Assembly (NCBI GenBank): GCA_016840515.1
Contig: JAEOSF010000001.1
Span: 50,447-82,446 of the forward strand
Length of the DNA stretch: 32,000 bases
Direction: 5' to 3'
From: Candidatus Borrarchaeum yapensis
GTDB taxonomy: Archaea > Asgardarchaeota > Sifarchaeia > Borrarchaeales > Borrarchaeaceae
Shown here one piece after another: positions 9,607 through 18,260 of this stretch. The position numbers and the translations under genes are program-made. Position 1 is the stretch's first letter, and each line of letters starts with the position of its first letter. The notes beneath the pieces are model-generated. The model searched no databases. It was not told the DNA's origin and worked only from the letters and a program-made list of their open reading frames with translations.

Positions 9607-9664
9607 ACCAAGCCAAATACCTTAAATACTGCACGAGTATAAATATCGTTAATTTATTTTAAGC

Positions 9665-10378
9665 GTGAGGGAGACCGTTGTGAAAGTGAAAAACAAGATA
9701 ACGCGATTCAACTCCCCCGTAAACAGGGGAGTATTCTCGCTTAGTTTCTGTAAGGATACATGGGACTCAGTCTGGGAAAAACAACGTGTTCGCAAGTCTA
9801 CTCTTCATTCGCTTATCTACTTTTTAAGGGAGCATTATTTCTCAGCTACATTTGCACGTTTTGCCAGAAAGCGAATCAAAGGCTTAATTTTAGAAGTAGG
9901 ATGCGGCACTGCGCAATGCTCGCTGAAAATACGTGTAAAAGGCATAGATATAATTGGTGCTGATTTCTCAGCCTCTGCCTTGCAATTAGCCAAGAAATAT
10001 TCTACTCAAAATCAACTTATCAAATTCGTTGTAACAGATGCATTCAATTTACCGTTTGCCGAGAACACTTTTGATGCGGTATGGAGCGTTGGTTTGCTTG
10101 AACATTTTGATAAACCAAGTTTAGCATTAGTAGAGATGAGACGAGTTGTTAAGACGAAAGGTAAGGTAATTGCCATAGTGCCCTATCGCGCTGGATTGCT
10201 GGGGATTCTTAATTACGGATACAAGAAATTAGGGAAAGAGTGGATCTGGGAAGATGAAAACCCAATGGGCGTAGATGATTTGTATCGATTCTTTGAACAG
10301 GCACATCTAAGGAATATACGCATTAAAAGGATGTATGACACATTCCTAATGTTCTTGGGGGCGACAGGGGAAAAATAG
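9665..10378 (+). CDS. class I SAM-dependent methyltransferase
   Basis: Motif I 'ILEVGCGTAQ', acidic post-I 'GADFS', 'FDAVWSVGLLEHF' (Methyltransf_11-like). The track start is GTG at 9665; the true start is uncertain. Confidence 0.8.
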   Translation: MRETVVKVKNKITRFNSPVNRGVFSLSFCKDTWDSVWEKQRVRKSTLHSLIYFLREHYFSATFARFARKRIKGLILEVGCGTAQCSLKIRVKGIDIIGADFSASALQLAKKYSTQNQLIKFVVTDAFNLPFAENTFDAVWSVGLLEHFDKPSLALVEMRRVVKTKGKVIAIVPYRAGLLGILNYGYKKLGKEWIWEDENPMGVDDLYRFFEQAHLRNIRIKRMYDTFLMFLGATGEK

Positions 10379-10520
10379 TTGCCCAAAGGTTTTTTAGTAT
10401 TAATAAAGTGTTAGATTTAGGGATTACAGAATAAGTTTTGTCGAAAAAGTGTTTATTTGGAAACGTATTTAAAACACGATTATATTCTTTGTTTCGTTTG
10501 AGAAAGCACGGAGTGGAAAT

Positions 10521-11060
10521 TTGATGGAAGATGAATATGAAGATCCTCTGCCCTGTAATCAAGATCCTTTTATTAGTTTAGAACCATACACAGTTATTTC
10601 TGAATTGATTTCGCAGGCATTAAGGGATGGGGTCAAGTTGCGATGTATTCTGTGCGGTGAAAAAGTTTCTATTAGCAACGTTATTGTAGTACAGGGTCAT
10701 CATGTGATTCATGAAGACTGCTTTGTTAATACTATGTGCGATAATGAAAGGGTTATACAAGAATCTATCAAATTGGGAATCATGGGACGCGAAGAAATTA
10801 GTAAACGCTTGAAGAAGTTCCCCATTCGCTATGTACTTTCTAAATTACGCTGGGAGGTCAAAAAAAGGACGGGCGTAAGATTGCCGATCCCAATAAGAGA
10901 GAGAACCTTCAAGGAACTGCTGAAAAAGAACAAAGCGATAACAGAAACGAATGAACAACAATTAATCAACTGGTTTAAAACTGCAAGCTACCCGTCTAGT
11001 CTCAGTGATGACTATTCAAGCGTTGATGAGATGGACTCCTCATTTTCGTATTTCTCATAA
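10521..11060 (+). CDS. hypothetical Cys/His-containing protein
   Basis: 179 aa. 'CILCGEKV...(x12)...GHHVIHEDCF' resembles the first half of a RING-H2/treble-clef finger. The C-terminus is Ser/Asp-rich. ATG at 10524. Confidence 0.45.
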   Translation: MMEDEYEDPLPCNQDPFISLEPYTVISELISQALRDGVKLRCILCGEKVSISNVIVVQGHHVIHEDCFVNTMCDNERVIQESIKLGIMGREEISKRLKKFPIRYVLSKLRWEVKKRTGVRLPIPIRERTFKELLKKNKAITETNEQQLINWFKTASYPSSLSDDYSSVDEMDSSFSYFS

Positions 11061-11197
11061 AACCTCTTTATCTTACTTGTTTTTTAAAGAAGATATAAGC
11101 CTTTTTTTAGTTTTTTTGTTATAACAAACTTTCCACTTTAAAGATATTAACGATTGAGAAATTAAATACATTTTTAAGCCTACTCGTCAATAATTAT

Positions 11198-11281
11198 TAG
11201 GTGATGATGCAACGCCGTCCCAGGCGGAGTCATTGATGCTGACTATGAAGAACTCGCGACGAAGCAGAGCCCACTATTTTT
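11198..11281 (+). ncRNA. candidate K-turn (C/D-box-like) small RNA
   Basis: TATA-like 'tttttaag' at 11171-11178 lies ~25 nt upstream. 'GUGAUGA' at 11201-11207 and 'CUGA' at 11239-11242 are flanked by complementary UAG/CUA. An internal hairpin is cgcc-gtccca-ggcg. A T5 run is at 11277-11281. It is a G+C-richer island in an AT-rich spacer. No canonical D'/C' boxes are present. Confidence 0.3.
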
Positions 11282-11300
11282 AACAGGTGTTCAGTAGAAA

Positions 11301-12545
11301 TTATTGTACCGCTTCTGCAAGAATTTCTGCAAACTTATAGACTTCTTCAAAAGTATTATATAGGGGATATGGCGCAACACGGATTATATCAGGCTCCCTC
11401 CAATCAACGGTTACCCCCCGATCTATCAACGTATCAAATAATTTCTTACCGTTTTTGAGAGTTCGAATTGAGAGTTGGCATCCTCGCTCATTAGCTTTTG
11501 AAGAGGTAATTATCTCGTAATTTTCAGGGCCTAATTCTTTTATCAAATACTCTAAATAGCCAGTCAATAACTCCCTTTTCTGATGAAAAAGAGATAGATC
11601 AAGCTCATCCCAAATGTTTAAAGCAGCTTTCAGACTTGCTAATAAAAGCACAGGATGTGTACTTATTTGCCAACCCGAAGCCCCAAGCGCTGGGTTAATG
11701 TCTGGCTCCATTAGGAACATCGTTTCACGTTTACCACCCCACCAGCCATCAAATCGAGGGAGATCTTTTTCAAAGTGGCGTTCATGTACGAAACATGCAC
11801 TTATTCCGCCAGGACCTGCATTGATGTACTTATAATTGCACCAAACGGCAAAATCTACATTCCAATCATGTAATTCAAGAGGGATATTTCCTACTGCATG
11901 TGCCAGATCGAAACCAACAACTGCCCCTTTTGCATGGGCTGCTTTAGTGATGGCTTCCATATCAAACGCTTGACCTGTAAGATAGTTAACTCCAGAAAAA
12001 AGGACTAAGGCGATAGATTCATTTATTGCATCAATAATGTCTTCTGTCCTGAGAATTGCTTCTCCGGGCCTAGCCTTAACTTCTATCAAAGAATCATTAA
12101 TTTCATGACCATGAAAACGGATTTGGGATTTAAGAGCATATTCATCACTAGGAAAAGTATGTTCTTCAATCAATATTCGATGTCTGTTTGTTGTTGTAGG
12201 ACAGAAAAAACTCACTAGAAGAAGATGAAGATTGACAGTCAAACTGTTCATGATTGAAACTTCTTCAGGCTGGGCACCTATAATACGTGCCATACTTTTA
12301 ACTAAATCATCTGAGTAAGAAAACCAGTTTTTAGACCCATGAAACCATCCTTCAACGCCTATCTCCTCCCATGTCTTAAGGATTTTGTCTATTTCAGTTC
12401 TTGCTGTTTTTGGTTGAAGACCTAATGAGTTGCCACAAAAATAGATTATGGAGTTGGGATAGTGGAACATTGTTCGAAATTTAGCTAATGGATCCGCCAA
12501 GTCCAGTTCTTTTGCAAACTCTAAACTTCGCTCAAATTCGATCAT
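11301..12545 (-). CDS. kynU: kynureninase (PLP-dependent)
   Basis: 414 aa. 'IYFCGNSLGLQPK', 'FDLAHAVGNIPLELHDWNVDFAVWCNYKYINAGPGG' (PLP-Lys in YKY), 'DWREPDIIRVAPYPLYNTFEEV'. These are collinear with bacterial and eukaryotic kynureninases. Confidence 0.9.
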   Translation of the reverse strand: MIEFERSLEFAKELDLADPLAKFRTMFHYPNSIIYFCGNSLGLQPKTARTEIDKILKTWEEIGVEGWFHGSKNWFSYSDDLVKSMARIIGAQPEEVSIMNSLTVNLHLLLVSFFCPTTTNRHRILIEEHTFPSDEYALKSQIRFHGHEINDSLIEVKARPGEAILRTEDIIDAINESIALVLFSGVNYLTGQAFDMEAITKAAHAKGAVVGFDLAHAVGNIPLELHDWNVDFAVWCNYKYINAGPGGISACFVHERHFEKDLPRFDGWWGGKRETMFLMEPDINPALGASGWQISTHPVLLLASLKAALNIWDELDLSLFHQKRELLTGYLEYLIKELGPENYEIITSSKANERGCQLSIRTLKNGKKLFDTLIDRGVTVDWREPDIIRVAPYPLYNTFEEVYKFAEILAEAVQ

Positions 12546-12589
12546 GAGTTAATCACATATTTTGAGTATTTGATTAGGCTGTACTTCTA

Positions 12590-13477
12590 TTATTCATTTT
12601 TTAAAAGAAATCGAGGGAATTTCATCGCACTCTTAACTCTGTTTTCAAATATGCCAAGTTCTCTGACTCCAAAGCCCATTGAAAGCCCCAAAAGTTGCGG
12701 TAGATGAAGAACGGGGATGTCATAGTCGAGTTCCCAGAGTTCTTTAACCTTGATCTGATTTAAATCGAGGCTAAGAGAGCAGAACGGGCAGATAGTTATG
12801 AGCGCCTTAAGGGCTGCATCATGCGCAGTAGATATTATACGATGTGTCAGACGCCAAGCGACATCTGGGGCATTACTTAAGACGGGGGCTCCACAGCAGG
12901 ATATTTTTCCTTCATAATCTGATGCAATTGCTCCAGTAAGATTAATGATTTCATCCATATGCAGTGGTCGTTCAGGGTCTCCGTGATGTGTAATTTCAGA
13001 GGGGCGAAGCATGTGACAACCATAGTATGCTCCAACCTTAAGTCCGTCTTTAAATGGTATTTTAAGATGTTCCTTTATTCGTGGCAGTCCAACATCCTCA
13101 TAAAGAATTTTGAGAAAATGTTTAACTTCAAGTGTGCCATTATATTCTAGGTCAAAGTCTGATAGAATATTGTTAATATCTTCCCTTGCAGCATTATCTT
13201 TCTTTAAGTATTCATTTGCATGCATGATCGAACCTACGCAGCCGTTACATAAACAGCAAATATCTAAGTCCATTTTTTCAGCTGTAGCTAAAATTCTTGC
13301 CGACAACAATGTCCAATATTGTTCGTCCATTGAACGAACAATGGGTGAACCACAACATCCCGAATTAGGGAGATCAATCAGTTCTACACCTAGTTCCTTT
13401 GCAACTACACGGGAAGAGGCTTCATACCCGTTCATTTTTTCGGGAATAGTACAGCCTAGAAAAAGCGCATACTTCAC
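12590..13477 (-). CDS. hdrB: heterodisulfide reductase subunit B (two CCG domains)
   Basis: 295 aa. 'YALFLGCTIP', 'SGCCG', 'CCLCNGC', 'YYGCH', 'ISCCGAP', 'ICPFC'. The GTG start overlaps the hdrC stop by 1 nt. Confidence 0.9.
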   Translation of the reverse strand: MKYALFLGCTIPEKMNGYEASSRVVAKELGVELIDLPNSGCCGSPIVRSMDEQYWTLLSARILATAEKMDLDICCLCNGCVGSIMHANEYLKKDNAAREDINNILSDFDLEYNGTLEVKHFLKILYEDVGLPRIKEHLKIPFKDGLKVGAYYGCHMLRPSEITHHGDPERPLHMDEIINLTGAIASDYEGKISCCGAPVLSNAPDVAWRLTHRIISTAHDAALKALITICPFCSLSLDLNQIKVKELWELDYDIPVLHLPQLLGLSMGFGVRELGIFENRVKSAMKFPRFLLKNE

Positions 13478-14019
13478 TATTTTTCACCAGTTTCTTCTTC
13501 AGGGGGTTTATAATGGACTAATTTGGTGAATTTAATCTTTTCTGCTAGTTTTCGCATTATATCTGCGTCAGGAGTAGGCAATTCAGGGAGTTTGAAGCGA
13601 GTTTGACGTATTTTATTTTCATATTCACCCACTTCATTCATTAAGCCAAAAGTTAAGATGTTAGCCGCGATATCTGACCATACGCTAGGTATAATGTTTT
13701 CTTTCGCTGCCATGTTTCTAAGGTGAACGAAAATTTCTGGAGGTTTTACATCTTGAGGACAACGCTCCTCACATACATAACAGCCTGTACATAACCAAAT
13801 GAGCGGGTTGTGCAGTACTGCTTCTCTATCACCTAACATGATAAGCCGAATGATATTTCTCGGACTGAATTCTTCGCCACCGAACCGTGCTACAGGACAG
13901 CTACCCGTGCATGTCCCGCACTGGTAACAGGCAAAAAGGTCAAATGAAAGGTCCTCGATAAATTCCTCTGCGAGGCTCAAGTCTAGATCTGAAAGCTTCA
14001 CTACTTTTTCAGTTTCCAA
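13477..14019 (-). CDS. hdrC: heterodisulfide reductase subunit C (2x[4Fe-4S])
   Basis: 180 aa. 'CYQCGTCTGSCP' and 'CTGCYVCEERCP'. Confidence 0.9.
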   Translation of the reverse strand: METEKVVKLSDLDLSLAEEFIEDLSFDLFACYQCGTCTGSCPVARFGGEEFSPRNIIRLIMLGDREAVLHNPLIWLCTGCYVCEERCPQDVKPPEIFVHLRNMAAKENIIPSVWSDIAANILTFGLMNEVGEYENKIRQTRFKLPELPTPDADIMRKLAEKIKFTKLVHYKPPEEETGEK

Positions 14020-14022
14020 GTT

Positions 14023-14472
14023 CTATTCCTTCTTCGCTTCCTCTACTTCTTTCTTTACACGCTCAATTTCGGCCAGTTGCCATTGGACAAATTCGTTGGT
14101 GTCACCTTTCATAAGTTTTGAAAGGTCTGCCTCCAAATTAGATGGGCTAATCTTGACCATCCAACCTTCGCCGTATGGATCAGTATTGACAAGTGAGGCA
14201 TTATCCCACAACCCTTCATTGAATGCAGTAACTTCACCTGCGACTGGGGCATAAATTTTGCCTGTCCACTTGCCGCTTTCTAGTGTTCCAAAAGGTTTCA
14301 TAAACTCTACCGTCTCACCTTCAAAAGGCAATTGCACAGCCTGAATTTTTTCAGCCATGGTTTGCGCAAAATCGGTCACGCCAACCACAACAATATCTCC
14401 TTCTACTCTTGCCCAAGAATGTTCAGTTGTATAATATAATTCATCTGGGAGATCATAATCTTCAATTTTCAT
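14023..14472 (-). CDS. gcvH: glycine-cleavage H-protein-like lipoyl carrier
   Basis: 149 aa. 'YTTEHSWARVEGD...VGVTDFAQ' and 'LESGKWTGKIYAPVAGEV' (the lipoyl-Lys position is conserved). SD 'aaggag' lies upstream. Confidence 0.88.
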   Translation of the reverse strand: MKIEDYDLPDELYYTTEHSWARVEGDIVVVGVTDFAQTMAEKIQAVQLPFEGETVEFMKPFGTLESGKWTGKIYAPVAGEVTAFNEGLWDNASLVNTDPYGEGWMVKISPSNLEADLSKLMKGDTNEFVQWQLAEIERVKKEVEEAKKE

Positions 14473-14532
14473 TTTTACATTCTCCTTTTCAATTTATGAA
14501 ATTGTTTTTTTTCAAAGGTTATATATAAGAAG

Positions 14533-14549
14533 CATCCCTGCGTAGGGAG
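14533..14549 (-). other. second small hairpin in the hdrA-gcvH spacer (minus RNA: CUCCCU-ACGC-AGGGAUG)
   Basis: 5-bp G/C-rich stem (UCCCU/AGGGA) with a 4-nt loop, directly 3' of the SECIS candidate. Function unknown. Confidence 0.3.
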
Positions 14550-14558
14550 CCAGTCCTT

Positions 14559-14587
14559 CTCTCAGTCCCTAAAGGGTTTCCCGAGAG
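14559..14587 (-). promoter_or_regulatory. candidate archaeal-type SECIS element in the hdrA-mvhD 3' region
   Basis: Minus-strand RNA is 5'-CUCUCGG-GAAA-CCC-UUUA-GGG-A-CUGAGAG-3'. It has a 7-bp lower helix, an asymmetric internal loop with GAA(A) on the 5' side and A on the 3' side, three G-C pairs and a 4-nt loop. It starts 4 nt after the final stop of the Sec gene. Confidence 0.7.
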
Positions 14588-14590
14588 AGA

Positions 14591-17500
14591 TCATTCCATT
14601 TCAGTTCGAGATATACGCGACGGATTGGGTCCAAGTTTCGAAATACTTTCGCCAAAGGTTTGCATTGCTTCTCTAAATTTTTCTGCTTCCGCGGATGAAA
14701 GGAAGTACATTACAGTTCTGCCTTCACCAAAACCCATAGTTTCAAGAAGTTTTTCAGCCAACTCAACAGACTTTTCTGCTTGTAAGTTTCCATCAATATA
14801 TGCACAGTCGCCTTTGTGTCATCCGACTACGGCGACACCGTCTGCGCCGAGTGAAAACGCATTAAGCAACCATGGAGTATCAATACGACCTGTACACGGC
14901 ACCCGTATAATTCGAGTTCGATAGTCATATTGAAGTTTTGAAAGCCCAGCTAAGTCTGCAGCACCATACCCACATTTTTCACAAGCAAAAACAAGAAGTA
15001 ATGATTTTTGCTTGCTTTCAGCTAAAAGTGATTCAATTTGTGGATAGAATTGCTCATCTCGCCAGTATCGAAGTTCTCTAGCTCCAGAGGGACATGCTGC
15101 AACGCATGTGCCGCAGCCCTTGCATTCAATTTCATCAGTAACCGAAACAAGTCCTCCTGCTTCAGTTTCTTTCGTAGTTATAGCATCGTATGGACAGGCG
15201 ATTACGCACACCTTACATCCGCTACAAAGATTCTCGTCACATACAGCCTTGATTAGTTCAAGTTGAATCTCTTTTTGTTGTAACAGTACGCCTGCTGCTG
15301 ATGCCGCTGCTTTACCTAGTACTATTGAGTCGCTTATGCTTCGTGGAGAAAGAACAGACCCTGCTACGTAAACGCCATCTTTTCGTGTTTCGACAGGTTT
15401 GAATTTTATGTGGATAGGCTCAAGAAAACCATCAGAAGAGCGAGTAACTCCTGTTATCTTACACAGTTCATCAAAGCCTTCAGGAGGTTCTTGCCCTACC
15501 GCTAGGACTACATAATCTGTGTCTATCTCGAATGTAGTTCGTGAAAGGGTATCGTATACTTGCACCATAGCATTTTCATTGTAGATTGCCGTAACCATCG
15601 GGGGTCTTTCTTCTGTCCATCGCATAAAATTGGAGCGATATTGTTTTCTTGTAGTTAGATAGAACTCTTCCATATACCTTCCGACAGGTCGCAAATCCTC
15701 CTTAAAGAGGACAAAGGTTTGACAGTTCGGAAAGAGTTCTTTCACGGTCTGCGCATTTTTCAGTGAGGCACCGCAACAAACACGAGAGCAGTATTTGTTT
15801 CCATCTTCTTCTCGTGAGCCAACGCACTGAATGAAGACAACACGTTTTGGTTCTTGATCAAAACTGCGCGTTTTAAGCAATTCCTCGAATTCAAGAGAAG
15901 TTACCACTCGTGGAACAGTATTGTAACCGTATTCGCCGTCCTTGGGAGAATATGTATTTGTTCCGACAGCTATAATTATAGCGCCAACGTTAATATCAGT
16001 GTTTTCTCCATTAATTCTCCTAATTTGTGTTGTAAAATCACCGATGTGACCATCAAGGGATTCCAATGAAGACTCAAGGTAAACCGAGATATTGGGAGCA
16101 TTAGATATCTGCGCTGTTAATTCATCCAAAATTTGGCTGGCTTCAGTTTTTTCTGGAAACACTTTGTAGAGAGAATTGAGACGACCACCAAGTTGAGAAT
16201 CTTTTTCCACGAGGTGAACATTGAATCCTTGATTAGATAAATCAAGGGCAGCCGACATTCCAGCAATTCCACCACCAATAATAAGAGCTTCATTGACAAC
16301 TGAAACCGTCCGATATGGCACAATCTCAAGATGTAATGCTCGTGCAATGCCAGCCCTGATCAAGTCCTTTACTTTTTCTGTGGCTTCTTTTTTTGTCTGC
16401 ATATGAACTTGCGCTGCCTGATCTCTTATGTTCACGTATTCAAGATAATACTTACTTACTCCAGCAGACTCTAAAAGAGTCCTAAATGTTTCTTCGTGAA
16501 GTAAAGGTGAACATGCTGCTACTAAAACCCGATTAATATTGAGTTCCTTTATCATCTCGCTGATTTGCTGTTGTCCTGGCTCACTACAGAAGAACTCATT
16601 GTTATCTACATAGATCACGCCAGGTAATGTCTTTGTATATTCCATGACTTCTGGTACGTCAATGTAATTTGCGATATTGCCACCGCAGTGGCATACAAAC
16701 ACGCCAAGTCGAGACTCATCGGTAACTTCTTCCTTTGTTTGAGGCGCATATGATGTTATGTGTGGTGGAGAACCAGATAAAAGGTTCACTGCAGACGATG
16801 CAGCAGCTCTTGCTTGAGTAACCGTATCCACAGCATCTTTTGAGCCTGTTGCCACTCCCGCGATAAAGATTCCATGTCGATTTGTTTCGATTGGATGATA
16901 ACTGTTGGTTTCAAGAGGAAATCCATCACCGCTAATTTTAATGCTTAATTTTTGGCATAGTTCATGTGTCCCTTCAGATGGAACAAATGAACTAGATAAG
17001 ACAACAAGGTCGATATTTTTGACCTGAGAAACTTCTCCAGTATTAGTATCTTCAACCCAGACAATCAAGTCTTTTGTTTCTTCGTTTTCTTGAATTTCCG
17101 CCACTTTACCGCGAATTAAATTAGGATTATAGCTATTCTGTGTGTCCCTGTAGTATTCTTCGTAAAGTTTTCCTGAGGATCTTATATCTATATAGCAAAT
17201 GTCTGCCTGTCCTTTTCCTTTTGATTGCAGTTTATAGGCTCTAGCTTGTTTTAATGCGAACATACAGCAGACTCGGTTACAGAATTTGTTGCCGACTTCC
17301 TTTTCACTTCTAGAGCCCACACATTGGACCCATAATACCCTGCTTGGTTCTTTCCCATCAGAAGGTCTCACTATCTTGCCATTAGTAGGACCTGTGGGAT
17401 GCATCATTCGTTCAAACTGAAGTGATGTAACAACGTTTTCGTAGTATCCATAGCCAAATTGTTTCAATGGTGTTGGGTCGAATTCATCAAAACCCGTGGC

Positions 17501-18076
17501 TACAATTATCGAGCCAACATTGATTTCGATGATCTCTTCGGCATCAACAAAGTTTATTGCTTCCGCAGGACACTCCATCTCACACATTCCACAATCTATG
17601 CACTGCTCCTTATCTAATCTAGGGATCTGGGGGACTGCCTGAGGAAAAGGAAGATAAATTGCTTTTCGTACACCTATACCCATATCGTATTCTGAAGTCA
17701 CTTCAACTGGACATACTTCAAGGCATTTTTGACATCCTGTACATTTGTCTGAATCGACATATCTAGGGCTTTGCTTGAGTTTTACCGTAAAGCTTCCTGA
17801 TTCACCATTTACCTCTAAAACTTCGGTTAGAGTAAACAAGCGAACATTGTCGTTTCTGGCAACGCTTGACATAAGTGGTGTAAGTGGTCAAGCCGAGCAC
17901 TCATCGGTCGGAAAGATTTTGTAAACCTGTGAAAATCGTCCTCCAATTGTTTCTCGTTTCTCTACTAGAAACGCCGTATAGCCTTGATTTGCAATATCTA
18001 GCGAAGCATACATGCCAGCCATTCCGCCGCCAATCACCAAGACACTTTCTGCCGCTTTACTTTCCAATGCATTCAT
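14591..18076 (-). CDS. hdrA: heterodisulfide reductase subunit A (tandem HdrA modules) fused to an MvhD domain. Selenoprotein with two in-frame UGA (Sec) codons at 17888-17890 and 14819-14821
   Basis: Three collinear in-frame pieces: 18076-17891 'VLVIGGGMAGM...FPTDECSA', TGA, 'PLTPL' plus the 1017-aa ORF, TGA, then 75 more codons 'HKGDCAYIDGN...FLSSAEAEKFREAMQTFGESISKLGPNPSRISRTEME' to TGA 14591-14593. Both TGAs replace Cys of conserved motifs (FPTxDCSxC and GCHxGDCxY). AGGAGGT SD precedes ATG 18076. There are several ferredoxin-type CxxCxxCxxxCP motifs and two GxGxxG FAD motifs. Confidence 0.85.
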
Positions 18077-18260
18077 TTAACGAACCTCCTACTTAGTGAA
18101 CACCTCCAAACTACCATAACTTAATGTTCGGTTGCTTTTATTCAATTCTTCTTTGATAATGTCAGCGTAATGCACTTCAAAATTATAAAAAAAGGTGGGG
18201 GCAACTGATGAGCACATATATCCCTATACACTTGTAATACTTGGTTAGATATTTGTCACA

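Noticed and set aside
14625-14924. 99-aa plus-strand ORF in the apparent gap after the 1017-aa HdrA ORF
   Set aside because: The minus strand here encodes the conserved C-terminal part of the MvhD domain once TGA 14819-14821 is read as Sec. The plus-strand ORF is its shadow.
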